From the NCBI GenBank assembly GCA_050174015.1, contig JBFXKG010000003.1, positions 1 through 64,000 on the forward strand: DNA of 64,000 nt. The letters run 5' to 3'. The notes under the pieces were generated by a model. It did not search any database and had not been told where the DNA came from. It was given only the letters and a program-made list of their open reading frames with translations. The translations under genes were made by a program, and so were the position numbers. This document shows, in pieces, positions 7,557 through 18,044 of the stretch (the first letter of the stretch is position 1; every line of letters starts with the position of its first letter). This DNA is from Candidatus Krumholzibacteriia bacterium. GTDB taxonomy: Bacteria > Krumholzibacteriota > Krumholzibacteriia > LZORAL124-64-63.

Positions 7557-10454
7557 ATGCTCGCAAGATATCGTCACTGTGCCGGCGTGTGCGCCGGGAT
7601 GGCCCTGTTGCTGACCGCCGCCCTGGCCGGCGCCGCGCAGCCGTCGATCGATCCTTTGGCCGTCGAGGGGCCCGTCGCCCTGGAATTCCCGGTGGCCAAG
7701 GCGGCCGCCCTGCCCGCCCTGGTGGCGGATCCCGTGGATGTGGAGGCGGCCCGCAGCGAGGACCGCGACCGCGAGGACCTGGGGCTCGCCCCCCGTTTCG
7801 CCCTGCCCCAGAACGTCTCCATCTCCCCCGAGAACGCCGGCGTGTGGGAGGACCTGGATCCGCGCTTCCAGCTGTGGCGCCACCGCATCACGGCTCCCGG
7901 AGCCCTGTCGGTGAACCTGGGTTTCAGCGCCTACCGCCTGCCCAAGGGCGCCCGGCTGAGCATCTATCCCGCCGATGCGACCGGCCCGGACGACCCGCGC
8001 GGGGTGCGCACCTTCACCGACCGTGACAACGAGGACCATGGCGAGCTGTGGACCCCGGTCATCCTGGGCGACGAGATCGTGATCGAACTCGTGCTGCCGG
8101 TGGAGTCCCGTCACGATTACGGCCTGGAACTCGCGAGCATCAACCGCGGATATCGCTTCTTCGGCGAGGATCTCGCCGGCCTCCTGCGCGACAAATCCGG
8201 GTCCTGCAACGTCGACGTGATCTGCCCCGAGGGCGACGACTGGCGGGCCGAGATCGCCTCGGTCGGCGTGATCTCCACCGGCGGCAGCACGTTCTGCACC
8301 GGCTTCATGGTCAACAACACGGCCCAGGACGCCACGCCTTACTTCATGACCGCCAACCATTGCGGCATCAACGTCGGCAACGCCCCCTCTCTCGTGGTGT
8401 ACTGGAACTTCCAGAGCCCCGTGTGCGGGCAGCAGGGCGGAGGCAGCCTGGCCGACTTCCAGACCGGCTCGACCTGGCTGGCCGGCAATGCGACCTCGGA
8501 CTTCACCCTGGTGGAGATGGACGACCCGGTCGATCCCGAACACGCCGTGGCCTTCGCCGGCTGGAACAACGGCAGCGAGGATCCGCAACAGGCCATCGCC
8601 ATCCATCATCCCAACACCGACGAGAAGAGCATCAGCTTCGAGTTCGATCCCACCAGCACGACTTCATACCTGAGCAATGCGGTGCCCGGCAACGGCACGC
8701 ACATCCGGGTGACCGACTGGGACGTCGGGACCACCGAACCCGGATCCTCGGGCTCGCCCCTGTTCGACGAGAACCACCGCGTGGTGGGTCAGCTGCACGG
8801 AGGCTACGCGGCCTGCGGCAACAATTCCAGCGACTGGTACGGCCGGTTCTCCGTGTCCTGGCCGGCGCTGGCTCCCTACCTCGACCCCACGGGGTCCGGG
8901 GCCGCCGTGCTGGACACCTGGTGGCCCGGTCTGGCCGGCATGAAGGTCACTCCCTCGACCGGTTTCTACGCCGAGGGCGCGGTCGGCGGACCTTTCACGA
9001 ATCCCCGGCAGGATTACGTCATCAAGAATCTCGACGACGTTCCCCTGCCGTTCGCCGTGGACGTCGACGTGTCCTGGCTGACGGTGGATCCCGCCTCGGG
9101 CATGGTGCCCGAGGGCGGGGAGGTCACCGTGACGGTGGCCCTGACTCCCGACGTCTTCGGGCTGCCCCAGGGCACCTACACCGGGACGATCGCCTTCACC
9201 AACCTGACCGACGGACTCGGTGACACCACCCGGGACGCCGTGCTGCAGGTGGGCCTGCCCGAGCTCGCCTACAGCTTCCCCCTGGACACCGATCCCGGCT
9301 GGACGATGGAGCCCGGCTGGCAGTTCGGCGTGCCCCAGGGCGGCGGCGGCGCCTACGGCGGCCCCGATCCCGTGAGCGGCCACACCGGCGCCAACGTGCT
9401 GGGCTTCAACCTGGCCGGCGACTACCCCAACAACCTCCCCCTGACGAGCCTGCGCACCGGGGCCATCGACTGCTCCGGCCTCGACCGGGTCACGGTGAAG
9501 TTCCAGCGGTGGCTGGGCGTCGAGCAGCCGTCGTACGACCACGCCTACTTCAGCGTGAGCAACGACGGCGTCAACTGGACCACGGTGTGGCAGAACACCG
9601 GCGAGGTCGCCGACACGGAGTGGACCCCGGTCGAGTACGACATCAGCGCCGTGGCCGACGGCCAGGCGACGGTCTACCTGGCCTGGACCATGGGCCCGAC
9701 CGACGCCAGCTGGACCTATTGCGGCTGGAACCTCGACGACATCGAGATCTGGGGCCTGGACGCCTCGCCGCCGGATCTGGTCCTGACGGTGACGCCTCAT
9801 GCGGCGCCCATCGCGATCCCGGCCAACGGCGGGACCTTCGCCTACGAGGTCATGCTCGAGAGCACCGACCAGGTCACCTTCGGCGCGGTGATCGACGCGG
9901 TGCTGCCCAGCGGAAACGTGTACACGGTGCGCCGTCTGCCGACGCGCACCCTGGCCGCCGGCACCCACGTGTGGCCGAACGTCTCGCAGGACGTGCCCGC
10001 GGGCGCGCCGGCCGGCACCTACCTCTACCGGATCAGCCTGGCGACGGCCGACGGCCGGACCGCCACCGACTCGTTCACCTTCGAGAAGTCCAGCGTGGCC
10101 AAGGGCAACGGCCTGGTCAGCGGCTGGGACCTGTACGGCCTCGGCGACGAGGACGGCGGCCGGGACCTGCCGGCGGGCTTCGCCCTTCACGGCGCGGCGC
10201 CGAACCCGTTCAACCCGCGCACGGTGATCTCGTTCGACCTGCCGCGGACCGCGGCGGTCAGCCTGGACGTCTACGACGTGGCGGGCCGGCTGGTGCGGCG
10301 CCTGATCGACGGGGAGACCATGCCGGCGGGGACGCGCTCGGCGGTGTGGGACGGCAGGGACGACGGCGGCCGCGGCGCGGCGGCCGGGGTCTACTTCTAC
10401 CGGCTGCAGGCCGCCGGGTTCAGCGATGCGGGCCGGATGCTGCTCGTCAAGTAG
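7557..10454 (+). CDS. Secreted lysyl-endopeptidase-like S1 serine protease with accessory beta domains and FlgD/T9SS-like C-terminal domain
   Basis: Triad motifs TANHC / SDFTL / GSSGSP; SGSCNVDVICP propeptide junction; C-terminal PNPFNPRTVISF...VYDVAGRLVR...WDGRD...GVYFYRL. Confidence 0.85.
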   Translation: MLARYRHCAGVCAGMALLLTAALAGAAQPSIDPLAVEGPVALEFPVAKAAALPALVADPVDVEAARSEDRDREDLGLAPRFALPQNVSISPENAGVWEDLDPRFQLWRHRITAPGALSVNLGFSAYRLPKGARLSIYPADATGPDDPRGVRTFTDRDNEDHGELWTPVILGDEIVIELVLPVESRHDYGLELASINRGYRFFGEDLAGLLRDKSGSCNVDVICPEGDDWRAEIASVGVISTGGSTFCTGFMVNNTAQDATPYFMTANHCGINVGNAPSLVVYWNFQSPVCGQQGGGSLADFQTGSTWLAGNATSDFTLVEMDDPVDPEHAVAFAGWNNGSEDPQQAIAIHHPNTDEKSISFEFDPTSTTSYLSNAVPGNGTHIRVTDWDVGTTEPGSSGSPLFDENHRVVGQLHGGYAACGNNSSDWYGRFSVSWPALAPYLDPTGSGAAVLDTWWPGLAGMKVTPSTGFYAEGAVGGPFTNPRQDYVIKNLDDVPLPFAVDVDVSWLTVDPASGMVPEGGEVTVTVALTPDVFGLPQGTYTGTIAFTNLTDGLGDTTRDAVLQVGLPELAYSFPLDTDPGWTMEPGWQFGVPQGGGGAYGGPDPVSGHTGANVLGFNLAGDYPNNLPLTSLRTGAIDCSGLDRVTVKFQRWLGVEQPSYDHAYFSVSNDGVNWTTVWQNTGEVADTEWTPVEYDISAVADGQATVYLAWTMGPTDASWTYCGWNLDDIEIWGLDASPPDLVLTVTPHAAPIAIPANGGTFAYEVMLESTDQVTFGAVIDAVLPSGNVYTVRRLPTRTLAAGTHVWPNVSQDVPAGAPAGTYLYRISLATADGRTATDSFTFEKSSVAKGNGLVSGWDLYGLGDEDGGRDLPAGFALHGAAPNPFNPRTVISFDLPRTAAVSLDVYDVAGRLVRRLIDGETMPAGTRSAVWDGRDDGGRGAAAGVYFYRLQAAGFSDAGRMLLVK

Positions 10455-10478
10455 CGTCCGTCCACCATGCCGGTCATC

Positions 10479-10515
10479 GAGGACCGCCGATCCCCCGGGG
10501 GGTCGGCGGTCCTCT
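10479..10515 (+). terminator. GC-rich hairpin after the protease gene
   Basis: gaggaccgccgatccc...gggtcggcggtcctc inverted repeat. Confidence 0.45.
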
Positions 10516-10592
10516 TCAGAGGGGGACACGGAGGGAGACCGCGCCTACAATGGACGGGTCGGCCATATTGCATCCCCCGAATGGAGACCACC

Positions 10593-11717
10593 ATGCCCGG
10601 CCCCCTCGACAGCCAGCGCGAACGCATCGACGCCATCGACCGCCGCATCCTCGAACTGCTGCAGGAGCGCAACGCCCTGGCGGACGAGGTGCTTCAGACC
10701 AAGCTGGCCGCCGGCTTGCCGATCTTCGTGCCCGAGCGGGAAAGCCGGAAGGTGGCGTCGTTCCGGGAGTCGGCCGGGCAGCTGGGTCTGGATCCGGAAT
10801 GGGCCGAGGACTTCCTGCGCATGATCATGAGCGCCTCGCGAGCCCGCCAGTCCACGGCCGACTTCCCGCGGGCCACCCTCGAGCCCCGCACCGTCCTGAT
10901 CGTCGGCGGCCGCGGCCGCATGGGCGACCTCTACGGCCGGATGCTGAAGGCCAGCGGCCACCTTGTGAGGATCCTGGACCAGGAGGACTGGGATGGGGCG
11001 GCGGACCTGACGGCCGGCATCGACGCGGCGATCGTCAGCGTGCCCATCCGCGATACCGAGACCGTCATCACTCGCCTGGGGCCCTTGCTCCCCGCGGGGG
11101 CCGTCCTGGCCGATTTCACCAGCGTCAAGGCCCGCCCCCTGGAGGCCATGCTGGCCGCCCATCCGGGCCCGGTCCTGGGCCTGCATCCCATGCACGCCCC
11201 CGACGTGGGCAACCTCTCCAAGCAGCTGCTCATCTGCTGCCCGGGCCGGCAGCCCGAGGCCGGCCGCTGGCTGCTCGACCAGGCGGTCCTGTGGGGCATG
11301 AGGGTCAAGGAGGTCGATCCCGGGGCCCATGACCGTATGATGAATCTGGTCCAGGGCTTGCGCCATTTCGTGGCCCTGCTGCACGGGTCGTTCATGAGGG
11401 CCTGCAACATCGCCCCCGGCGACATCCTCGAGTTGTCGAGCCCCATCTATCGAGCCGAACTGATGATGACGGGGCGGATCTTCGCCCAGAACGCGGAACT
11501 CTATGCCGATATCGTCCTTGCGGACCAGGAGCGAAGGCAGTTGTTGCGTGATTTCGCCGCCCACCACGCCCGGCTGGCCGAACTGGCCGAAACCGACGAC
11601 AAGGAGGGGTTCATCCGGGAGTTCGCAGCAATCGGCGATTTTTTCGGGGAATTCGCCGATCAGGCCATGCGGGAAAGCGGCTACCTCATCCACCGGCTGG
11701 CGGACCGGTTCGTCTGA
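10593..11717 (+). CDS. tyrA: Bifunctional chorismate mutase / prephenate dehydrogenase
   Basis: N-terminal CM (RERIDAIDRRILELLQER); GGRGRMG NAD motif, DFTSVK, GLHPM, HDRMM..VQGLRH, SSPIYR. Confidence 0.9.
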   Translation: MPGPLDSQRERIDAIDRRILELLQERNALADEVLQTKLAAGLPIFVPERESRKVASFRESAGQLGLDPEWAEDFLRMIMSASRARQSTADFPRATLEPRTVLIVGGRGRMGDLYGRMLKASGHLVRILDQEDWDGAADLTAGIDAAIVSVPIRDTETVITRLGPLLPAGAVLADFTSVKARPLEAMLAAHPGPVLGLHPMHAPDVGNLSKQLLICCPGRQPEAGRWLLDQAVLWGMRVKEVDPGAHDRMMNLVQGLRHFVALLHGSFMRACNIAPGDILELSSPIYRAELMMTGRIFAQNAELYADIVLADQERRQLLRDFAAHHARLAELAETDDKEGFIREFAAIGDFFGEFADQAMRESGYLIHRLADRFV

Positions 11718-11848
11718 TCCCCCATCCGATCCGAATTGACAGTCAATTCTAAAGTTCAAGGGACATCCGGCGATAAGTATCCGGTGAGACATCCTGACTC
11801 CCGGGAGGGCGGCTCGGCTCGCCCTGCAACTCGTGCTGGAGATCGCCA

Positions 11849-14800
11849 ATGCCCCGAACACTCCGACTCGCCCTCTGGAGCACGCTTCTCGGCCAGCTGA
11901 TCATGGTTTCCCTCGCAGGAGCCATGACCGAACTCCCCGTCCGATTCCAGCGATTGATGCTGGCGGACGGCCTCTCCCAGAGCTCCATCCTCTCGATCTA
12001 CCAGGACAGCCGCGGGTTCATCTGGCTGGGCACCCAGGACGGGGTGAACCGTTACGACGGCCGCCAGGTCATCTCCTTCAAGGCGGATCCCGAGAACCCC
12101 AGCAGCATCAGCGATCCCAACGTCTGGTGCCTTTCCGAGGACCCGAACGGGGACCTCTGGATCGGCACCGAGGGCGGAGGATTCAACCGCTTCGACCGGC
12201 GCACGGAGACATTCACGCCTTACCGTTACGATCCGGATCTGCCGGGCCACGACGGATACTACGACGTGCGGGCCATCGTGGCCGACGAGGAGGGCTACGT
12301 CTGGCTGGGAACCATGGCGGACGGATTGCTCCGCTTCGATCCCGCCACCGAGACCATCCGCAGCTACGCCCCGGGTCCGGGGAATGAAGGCGAGGGGATT
12401 ACCGGCCAGATCCGGTGCCTGATGATGACCGAACGGGGGATGCTCTGGGTGGGATCCAGCACCGGCCTCACCCGGTTCGACACCTTGACGGGGAAGATGC
12501 GGCATTACTTCCACGATCCGGACGACCCGGAATCGCTCCCTGCGGGCGAAATCCTGTCCCTGGCCCGCGCGGAAGGCGGCGGTGTCTGGGTCGGCACCAC
12601 GGGCGGCCTGGGCCTGCTCGAGCCCCGCAGCGGTGCGGTCCGGAGGCGCCCGATCGATCCCGGCAATGCGGGAAGGCCCCAGGCGGTCTCGGTCAGCGCG
12701 ATCCTGGAGGCGCCCGGGGGGCAGCTGTGGGTGGGGACCGAACACCGCGGGGTTTACAACATCGATCTGGGGACGGGTCACTGCCGGGGGTTCCAGAACA
12801 ATCCCCAGGACCCCATGAGCCTCAGCGACAACGAGATCTACTGCTTCCTGCTGGACAAGGCCGGGGTGATCTGGATAGGGTCCAGCAACGGGGCCAACCG
12901 CCTCGACACCAAGGCCAAGCAGTTCTTCCACATCAGCAACCAGCCCGGCGGCGGGGCCAGCCTGACCAACGCCTGCGTCTGGTCCATGTGGGAAACCCGC
13001 TCGGGGGACGTGTGGACGGTCACCGAGTCGGGTCTGAACGTCCTTCATCCTGCCAGCGGAGCGATCACCCAGATCATGGCGGACCCGGACGACCCGCGCC
13101 GGCCCAGCTACGATTCCTTCATCGAGGTGGTGGAGGACAGCCTGGGCGGGATCTGGCTGGGAGCCAGGGACGGCGCCCTGAACCGCTACGACCCGAAGAC
13201 CGGGCTCTACCGGCGCTTCGTGGCCGATCCGGCCGACCCCCGGGCCATCGGCGACGACAGGGTCTTCTCCGTGTGCAGCGACCGGTCGGGCGGGGTGTGG
13301 ATCGGCACCATGACCAGCCTGGAGCGTTACGACCTCGGAACGGGTATGTTCACCCGGTTCCGGCATGATCCCGAGGACTCGACGGGACTCCCCCCGGGGA
13401 GCATCCGGGATCTGTTCGTGGACTCCTCGGACCGCCTGTGGATGAGCGTCTGGGGCAGCGGCGCGGCGTCGTACGACCTCGAAACCGGGAAATTCCGGCG
13501 CTACCAGCACGATCCCGATGACCGGCGCACCCTCAGCAGCAACGTGGTCCTTTCGATCACCAGCGACAGCCGCGGCCGCATGTGGCTCGGCACGACCACG
13601 GGCCTGAACCTGCTCGACCCCCGGACGGGGCACTGCCGCTGGTTCAGCATGAAGGACGGCCTGCCCAACAACACGATCTACCGGGTGGAGGAGGACGGCG
13701 CGGGCCGCCTGTGGATCGCCACCAATTACGGCCTGGCCCGGTTCAATCCCCGGAACGGCGAGATCAGCAACTACGTCGAGCGGGACGGGATCCAGGACAA
13801 CGAGTTCAACATGGGCGCCTCGCACGTGGGGCGCAGCGGCCGGATGTACTTCGGCGGCATCAACGGCTTCACCGCCTTCTATCCCGACAGCATCCGCAAC
13901 AACCCCTACGTTCCGGACGTGGTGCTCACCGACTTCCGCATCTTCAACAAACCGGTGCCGGTGGGCGAGGAGCGCCGCGGTCACGTGGTCCTGGACCGTG
14001 CGGTGAGCGAGGTCAAGCACATCGAACTGGACCACAAGGACCACGTCGTCTCGTTCGAGTTCTCGGTGCTCCATTACGCTTCGCCCCTGAAGAACAACTT
14101 CTCCTACATGCTCGAGGGGTTCGAGACGCAGTGGAACGACGGTGGCAACCGCAACCACGCCACCTACACGAACCTGCCGCCGGGCAACTACACGTTCCGG
14201 GTCCGGGGCTCGAACAACGACGGCGTCTGGAACCAGGACGGACTGGCGGTGACCATCCACGTGACCCCGCCGTTCTACCGCAAGGCCTGGTTCATGGCGG
14301 CGGTGGTCCTGTTCGTGGTGGGGACCGTCTACGGGGCCCACCGCTACCGCATGCGGCTGCTGGACGTGAAGAACAAGGTCCTGGAGCGGCGGGTGGCCGA
14401 GCGGACCGAGGACCTGACCTTCGCCAACCAGGCCCTTCAGCAGGAGATCGGGGTCCGCAAGCGCATCGAGGACGAGCTGCGCGAGGCCCGCAACAACGCC
14501 GTGGCGGCCACCAAGGCCAAGAGCGACTTCCTGGCGAACATGAGCCACGAGATCCGCACCCCCATGAACGGCGTGCTGGGCATGACCACCGTGCTGATGG
14601 ATACGGAGATGTCCTCCGACCAGCGCGAGTACGCCGAGGCCATCTACGCCAGCGCGAACAACCTTCTGATCATCATCAACGACATCCTGGACTTCTCGAA
14701 GATCGAAGCCGGCAAGCTGCACCTGGAGACCATCGAGTTCGACCTGTTCGACGTGATGGACCGGGTGACGGAGATGCTCGGCTACAAGGCCCAGGAAAAG

Positions 14801-16114
14801 GGACTGTACTTCAGCTGCGAAATCGATCCGGAGGTGCCGCGGATCCTGCGCGGCGATCCCGGCCGCATCACCCAGATCCTCATCAACCTGGCCAACAACG
14901 CCGTCAAGTTCACCGCCCACGGGCGGGTCCAGATCCAGGTCCAGCTGCATGGCTGGTGGCAGGACCGGGCCGAACTGGCGTTCGTGGTGAACGACACCGG
15001 CGTGGGCATTCCGGCCGACCGGCTGGACCGGATCTTCGAGTCCTTCACCCAGGTGGACGCCTCGGTGACCCGCAAGTTCGGCGGCACGGGCCTGGGCCTG
15101 GCCATCGTCAAGCAGCTGGCCGCCCTGATGGGCGGCGAGGTCACGGTCGAGAGCGTGGAGGGCGAAGGGGCCACCTTCCGCTTCACCCTCAAGCTCGAGG
15201 CGGAGAAGAAGGCCCCTGCGCCCGCGCGTCCCGAGCGCGTGCTCATCGTCCACGCCGAAGCCCATCAGCGGGAGGGGCTGCGCCGCCAGCTCAACACCCT
15301 GGGCTACCAGAGCCGGACGGTGGCTCCGGAGGATGCTCCGGGGACGTACGCCAAGGCGGCGGCGGAGGACAACCCGTTCACCTACGTCTTCCTGGCCGAC
15401 GGCGAGGATCGAGGGCCGGTCAGGGATCTCGTGGGCAGGCTGGCCAATCTGGCCGCAGGCCCGGCCTTCCAGGGCATTCTCCTGTGCCGCCTGGGCAAGG
15501 CGGTCAACGACGCCGAACTGGCGGCCATGGGACTGCGGGCGTTCCTGACGGTCCCGGTCCACCATGCCAAGCTCGAGTCCTTGATGGGAACCCTCGCTGC
15601 GGGAGTCGCCCCGACGGGCGTCCCGGCGACGGCTCCGGCGGCTGCCATTGCTCCCGCCCAGGCAGGCCCGGGCGCCGCGGACCAGCCGGAAGGGCCCATG
15701 ATCCTGCTGGCCGAGGACAATCCCATCAACCAGCGGGTGGCGTGCCTGCTGCTCAGGAAAATGGGATACCGCGTGGACGTGGCCAACAACGGGCTGGAGG
15801 TCCTCGACGCCCTGGCGCAGAAGGACTACGACGCCCTGCTGCTGGACGTCCAGATGCCCGAGATGGACGGCCTGCAGGCCGCCCGCCGGATCCGGGCGGC
15901 CGATTCGCCGGCCCGCAACCCCCACCTCCCCATCATCGCCCTGACCGCCCACGCCATGGCCCAGGACCGCCAGCGCAGCCTGGAGGCGGGCATGGACGAC
16001 CACGTCTCCAAGCCGATCGAGAGCGAGGTCATCGCCAAGGTCCTGGCGAAGCACCTGGGGTCCGAGGCCGCCGAGCGGCCCCGGACCCCGGCGCCTTCGG
16101 GGGCGGGGGCCTGA
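11849..16114 (+). CDS. Hybrid sensor histidine kinase (beta-propeller Reg_prop repeats, Y_Y_Y, HisKA, HATPase, receiver)
   Basis: Repeated DxxGxIWxGT blades; YTNLPPGNYTFRV; FLANMSHEIRTPMNG; GGTGLGL; ILLAEDNPINQ...LDVQMPEMDG. Confidence 0.92.
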   Translation: MPRTLRLALWSTLLGQLIMVSLAGAMTELPVRFQRLMLADGLSQSSILSIYQDSRGFIWLGTQDGVNRYDGRQVISFKADPENPSSISDPNVWCLSEDPNGDLWIGTEGGGFNRFDRRTETFTPYRYDPDLPGHDGYYDVRAIVADEEGYVWLGTMADGLLRFDPATETIRSYAPGPGNEGEGITGQIRCLMMTERGMLWVGSSTGLTRFDTLTGKMRHYFHDPDDPESLPAGEILSLARAEGGGVWVGTTGGLGLLEPRSGAVRRRPIDPGNAGRPQAVSVSAILEAPGGQLWVGTEHRGVYNIDLGTGHCRGFQNNPQDPMSLSDNEIYCFLLDKAGVIWIGSSNGANRLDTKAKQFFHISNQPGGGASLTNACVWSMWETRSGDVWTVTESGLNVLHPASGAITQIMADPDDPRRPSYDSFIEVVEDSLGGIWLGARDGALNRYDPKTGLYRRFVADPADPRAIGDDRVFSVCSDRSGGVWIGTMTSLERYDLGTGMFTRFRHDPEDSTGLPPGSIRDLFVDSSDRLWMSVWGSGAASYDLETGKFRRYQHDPDDRRTLSSNVVLSITSDSRGRMWLGTTTGLNLLDPRTGHCRWFSMKDGLPNNTIYRVEEDGAGRLWIATNYGLARFNPRNGEISNYVERDGIQDNEFNMGASHVGRSGRMYFGGINGFTAFYPDSIRNNPYVPDVVLTDFRIFNKPVPVGEERRGHVVLDRAVSEVKHIELDHKDHVVSFEFSVLHYASPLKNNFSYMLEGFETQWNDGGNRNHATYTNLPPGNYTFRVRGSNNDGVWNQDGLAVTIHVTPPFYRKAWFMAAVVLFVVGTVYGAHRYRMRLLDVKNKVLERRVAERTEDLTFANQALQQEIGVRKRIEDELREARNNAVAATKAKSDFLANMSHEIRTPMNGVLGMTTVLMDTEMSSDQREYAEAIYASANNLLIIINDILDFSKIEAGKLHLETIEFDLFDVMDRVTEMLGYKAQEKGLYFSCEIDPEVPRILRGDPGRITQILINLANNAVKFTAHGRVQIQVQLHGWWQDRAELAFVVNDTGVGIPADRLDRIFESFTQVDASVTRKFGGTGLGLAIVKQLAALMGGEVTVESVEGEGATFRFTLKLEAEKKAPAPARPERVLIVHAEAHQREGLRRQLNTLGYQSRTVAPEDAPGTYAKAAAEDNPFTYVFLADGEDRGPVRDLVGRLANLAAGPAFQGILLCRLGKAVNDAELAAMGLRAFLTVPVHHAKLESLMGTLAAGVAPTGVPATAPAAAIAPAQAGPGAADQPEGPMILLAEDNPINQRVACLLLRKMGYRVDVANNGLEVLDALAQKDYDALLLDVQMPEMDGLQAARRIRAADSPARNPHLPIIALTAHAMAQDRQRSLEAGMDDHVSKPIESEVIAKVLAKHLGSEAAERPRTPAPSGAGA

Positions 16115-16212
16115 ACAGGCCTCTCGTCCCCGGACCCGGATTGGGGTAGAATCGTCGAGGCCCGGCCATTCCGGCCGGGCCTCGAGGTTCGGCCCGCCGG
16201 CCCGGGAGCGTC

Positions 16213-17022
16213 ATGGCAGAGGAAGCCATCCCTACCATCTACATCGTTTCCGACGGCAGGGGCGACACCTGCCACCAGTGGTTGCGGTCGGCCCTCGTCC
16301 AGTTCATGGGCCAACGGTTCGATCTGGTGCGCTGGTCCGAAGTGCTGACGGCGGCGGAGGTGGACCGGATCGTGGACTCGGCGGCCCGCTGCGGCGCCAC
16401 CATCTTCTACACCATGGTGGGTGACGACACCCGCCAAGCCATGGTTCGGCGGAGCCGGGAGCTGCTGGTTCCCGCGGTCGACGTCCTGGGCCCGGCCTTT
16501 GCCGCCCTCCACGACCTCTTCAACAGCGCCCCGTCCCGGACTCCCGGACTCTTCTACGCCACCGAGCGCGAGAGCATCGACCGCCATGCGGCCATCGACT
16601 TCACCCTCAAGCACGATGACGGCCAGCGGCCCGGCGGCCTGGACATGGCGGACGTCGTGCTGGTCGGGGTGTCCCGGTCCTCGAAGAGTTCGACCTGCTT
16701 CTTCCTGGCCTATCAGGGGGTCAAAGCGGCCAACGTGCCCCTGGTGCCCGACCGGCCCGTTCCTCAGAAGCTGCTTGAACTCCCGCGGGACAAGGTCGTG
16801 GGTCTGGTGATGAACGTGCCGCGGCTGGTGACGTTGAGGGAGGCGAGAGCGGCCAATCTCGGTTATGACTTCACGCGCGGTTACGTCGACCGGCGCGAGG
16901 TCGCCCGCGAGGTCAGGCACGCCAATGCCCTGATGCAGCGGCACGGCTGGCGGACGGTGAACGCCTCCTATCTCGCCATCGAGGAGATCGCCCGCGAGGT
17001 GATGAGGCTCGCGGGTCGATAA
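16213..17022 (+). CDS. Pyruvate,water/phosphate dikinase regulatory protein (kinase/pyrophosphorylase)
   Basis: IYIVSDGRG.T, AIDFTLKHDDG, ADVVLVGVSRSSKS, KAANVPLV. Confidence 0.85.
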   Translation: MAEEAIPTIYIVSDGRGDTCHQWLRSALVQFMGQRFDLVRWSEVLTAAEVDRIVDSAARCGATIFYTMVGDDTRQAMVRRSRELLVPAVDVLGPAFAALHDLFNSAPSRTPGLFYATERESIDRHAAIDFTLKHDDGQRPGGLDMADVVLVGVSRSSKSSTCFFLAYQGVKAANVPLVPDRPVPQKLLELPRDKVVGLVMNVPRLVTLREARAANLGYDFTRGYVDRREVAREVRHANALMQRHGWRTVNASYLAIEEIAREVMRLAGR

Positions 17023-17047
17023 TTCAGCCATTCGGGGAGCGTGGTGG

Positions 17048-18019
17048 ATGGATGTCCTGTGGTTGATCGTCGGTCTGGCCCTGGTCACCCTCGGGGCCGA
17101 ATGGCTGGTGCGGGGGGCGTCGACGATCGCCTTGCGGGCCGGCCTATCGCCCCTGTTCGTCGGGCTGACGGTGGTCGGTTTCGGCACGTCCTCCCCCGAA
17201 CTCGGAGCCAGCCTGACGGCCACGCTGAAGGGGATCGACGGCGTCAGCGTCGGCAACGTGATCGGCTCGAACATCTTCAACATGGGGGTGATCCTGGGCC
17301 TGACCGCCCTGGCGCACCCCATCGCCGTCTCCCTGACGGCGGTCCGCCGCGACCTGCTGGTCGCCGCCGCGGCGGCGCTGATACCCCTGGCGGCCATGGC
17401 CTTCGGCGGGCGCATCCCGTCCGGGATGGGCGCCGTCATGCTGGTCGCCCTGGCGGCCTACCTTTGGCTGGCCTACCGGACGGCCAGGGTGGCGCCGGCG
17501 GCCGAGGAGATCGCCGCGGGAGCGCAGCTGGACCAGGCCCGACCCGCCCTGGCGCGCCGGTCGGCCCTGCCTTCCTGGCTGTGGCGCAGCCTCCTGCTGG
17601 TCGCCGGCGGCCTGGCCATGCTGGTCTTCGGCTCACGGACTTTCGTCACCGGCGCGGTGGCCATCGCCACCCGGCTGGGGGTGAGCGAGCTGGTGATCGG
17701 ATTGACCATCGTCTCGGCGGGGACCTCGCTGCCGGAACTGGTCACCTCCCTCGTGGCCGCCCTGCGCCGCAGCCCCGATCTGGCCGTCGGCAACGTGATC
17801 GGCTCGAACATCTTCAACCTTCTGGGCATCCTGGGAACCTGCGCCGTGGTCCGGCCCCAGGAGGTGGAGCCGGCGGTGCTGTGGCTGCACACCCCGGTGA
17901 TGCTGGGCTTCTCCCTGCTGCTGTTGCCGCTGATCCGCAGCGGGGCCGTCATATCCCGGCGTGAAGGCGCGCTTTTGCTGGCGGGGTACGGCGTCTATCT
18001 TTGGTGGCTGATCCGTTGA
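17048..18019 (+). CDS. Calcium/sodium antiporter (YrbG family)
   Basis: Duplicated GTS(S/L)PEL and GNVIGSNIFN alpha repeats. Confidence 0.9.
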   Translation: MDVLWLIVGLALVTLGAEWLVRGASTIALRAGLSPLFVGLTVVGFGTSSPELGASLTATLKGIDGVSVGNVIGSNIFNMGVILGLTALAHPIAVSLTAVRRDLLVAAAAALIPLAAMAFGGRIPSGMGAVMLVALAAYLWLAYRTARVAPAAEEIAAGAQLDQARPALARRSALPSWLWRSLLLVAGGLAMLVFGSRTFVTGAVAIATRLGVSELVIGLTIVSAGTSLPELVTSLVAALRRSPDLAVGNVIGSNIFNLLGILGTCAVVRPQEVEPAVLWLHTPVMLGFSLLLLPLIRSGAVISRREGALLLAGYGVYLWWLIR

Positions 18020-18044
18020 CCGCCCCCAGACCGGAGAGGCCGCC

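Noticed and set aside
15235..15595. Extra domain in the hybrid kinase
   Set aside because: Appears to be a degenerate receiver domain, common in such kinases.
11756..16054. 1432-aa minus-strand ORF and many other long overlapping ORFs (e.g. 3917..6775, 29153..32035, 13582..16149)
   Set aside because: Antisense or off-frame shadows of real genes in high-GC DNA; no family motifs and skewed R/G/P composition.
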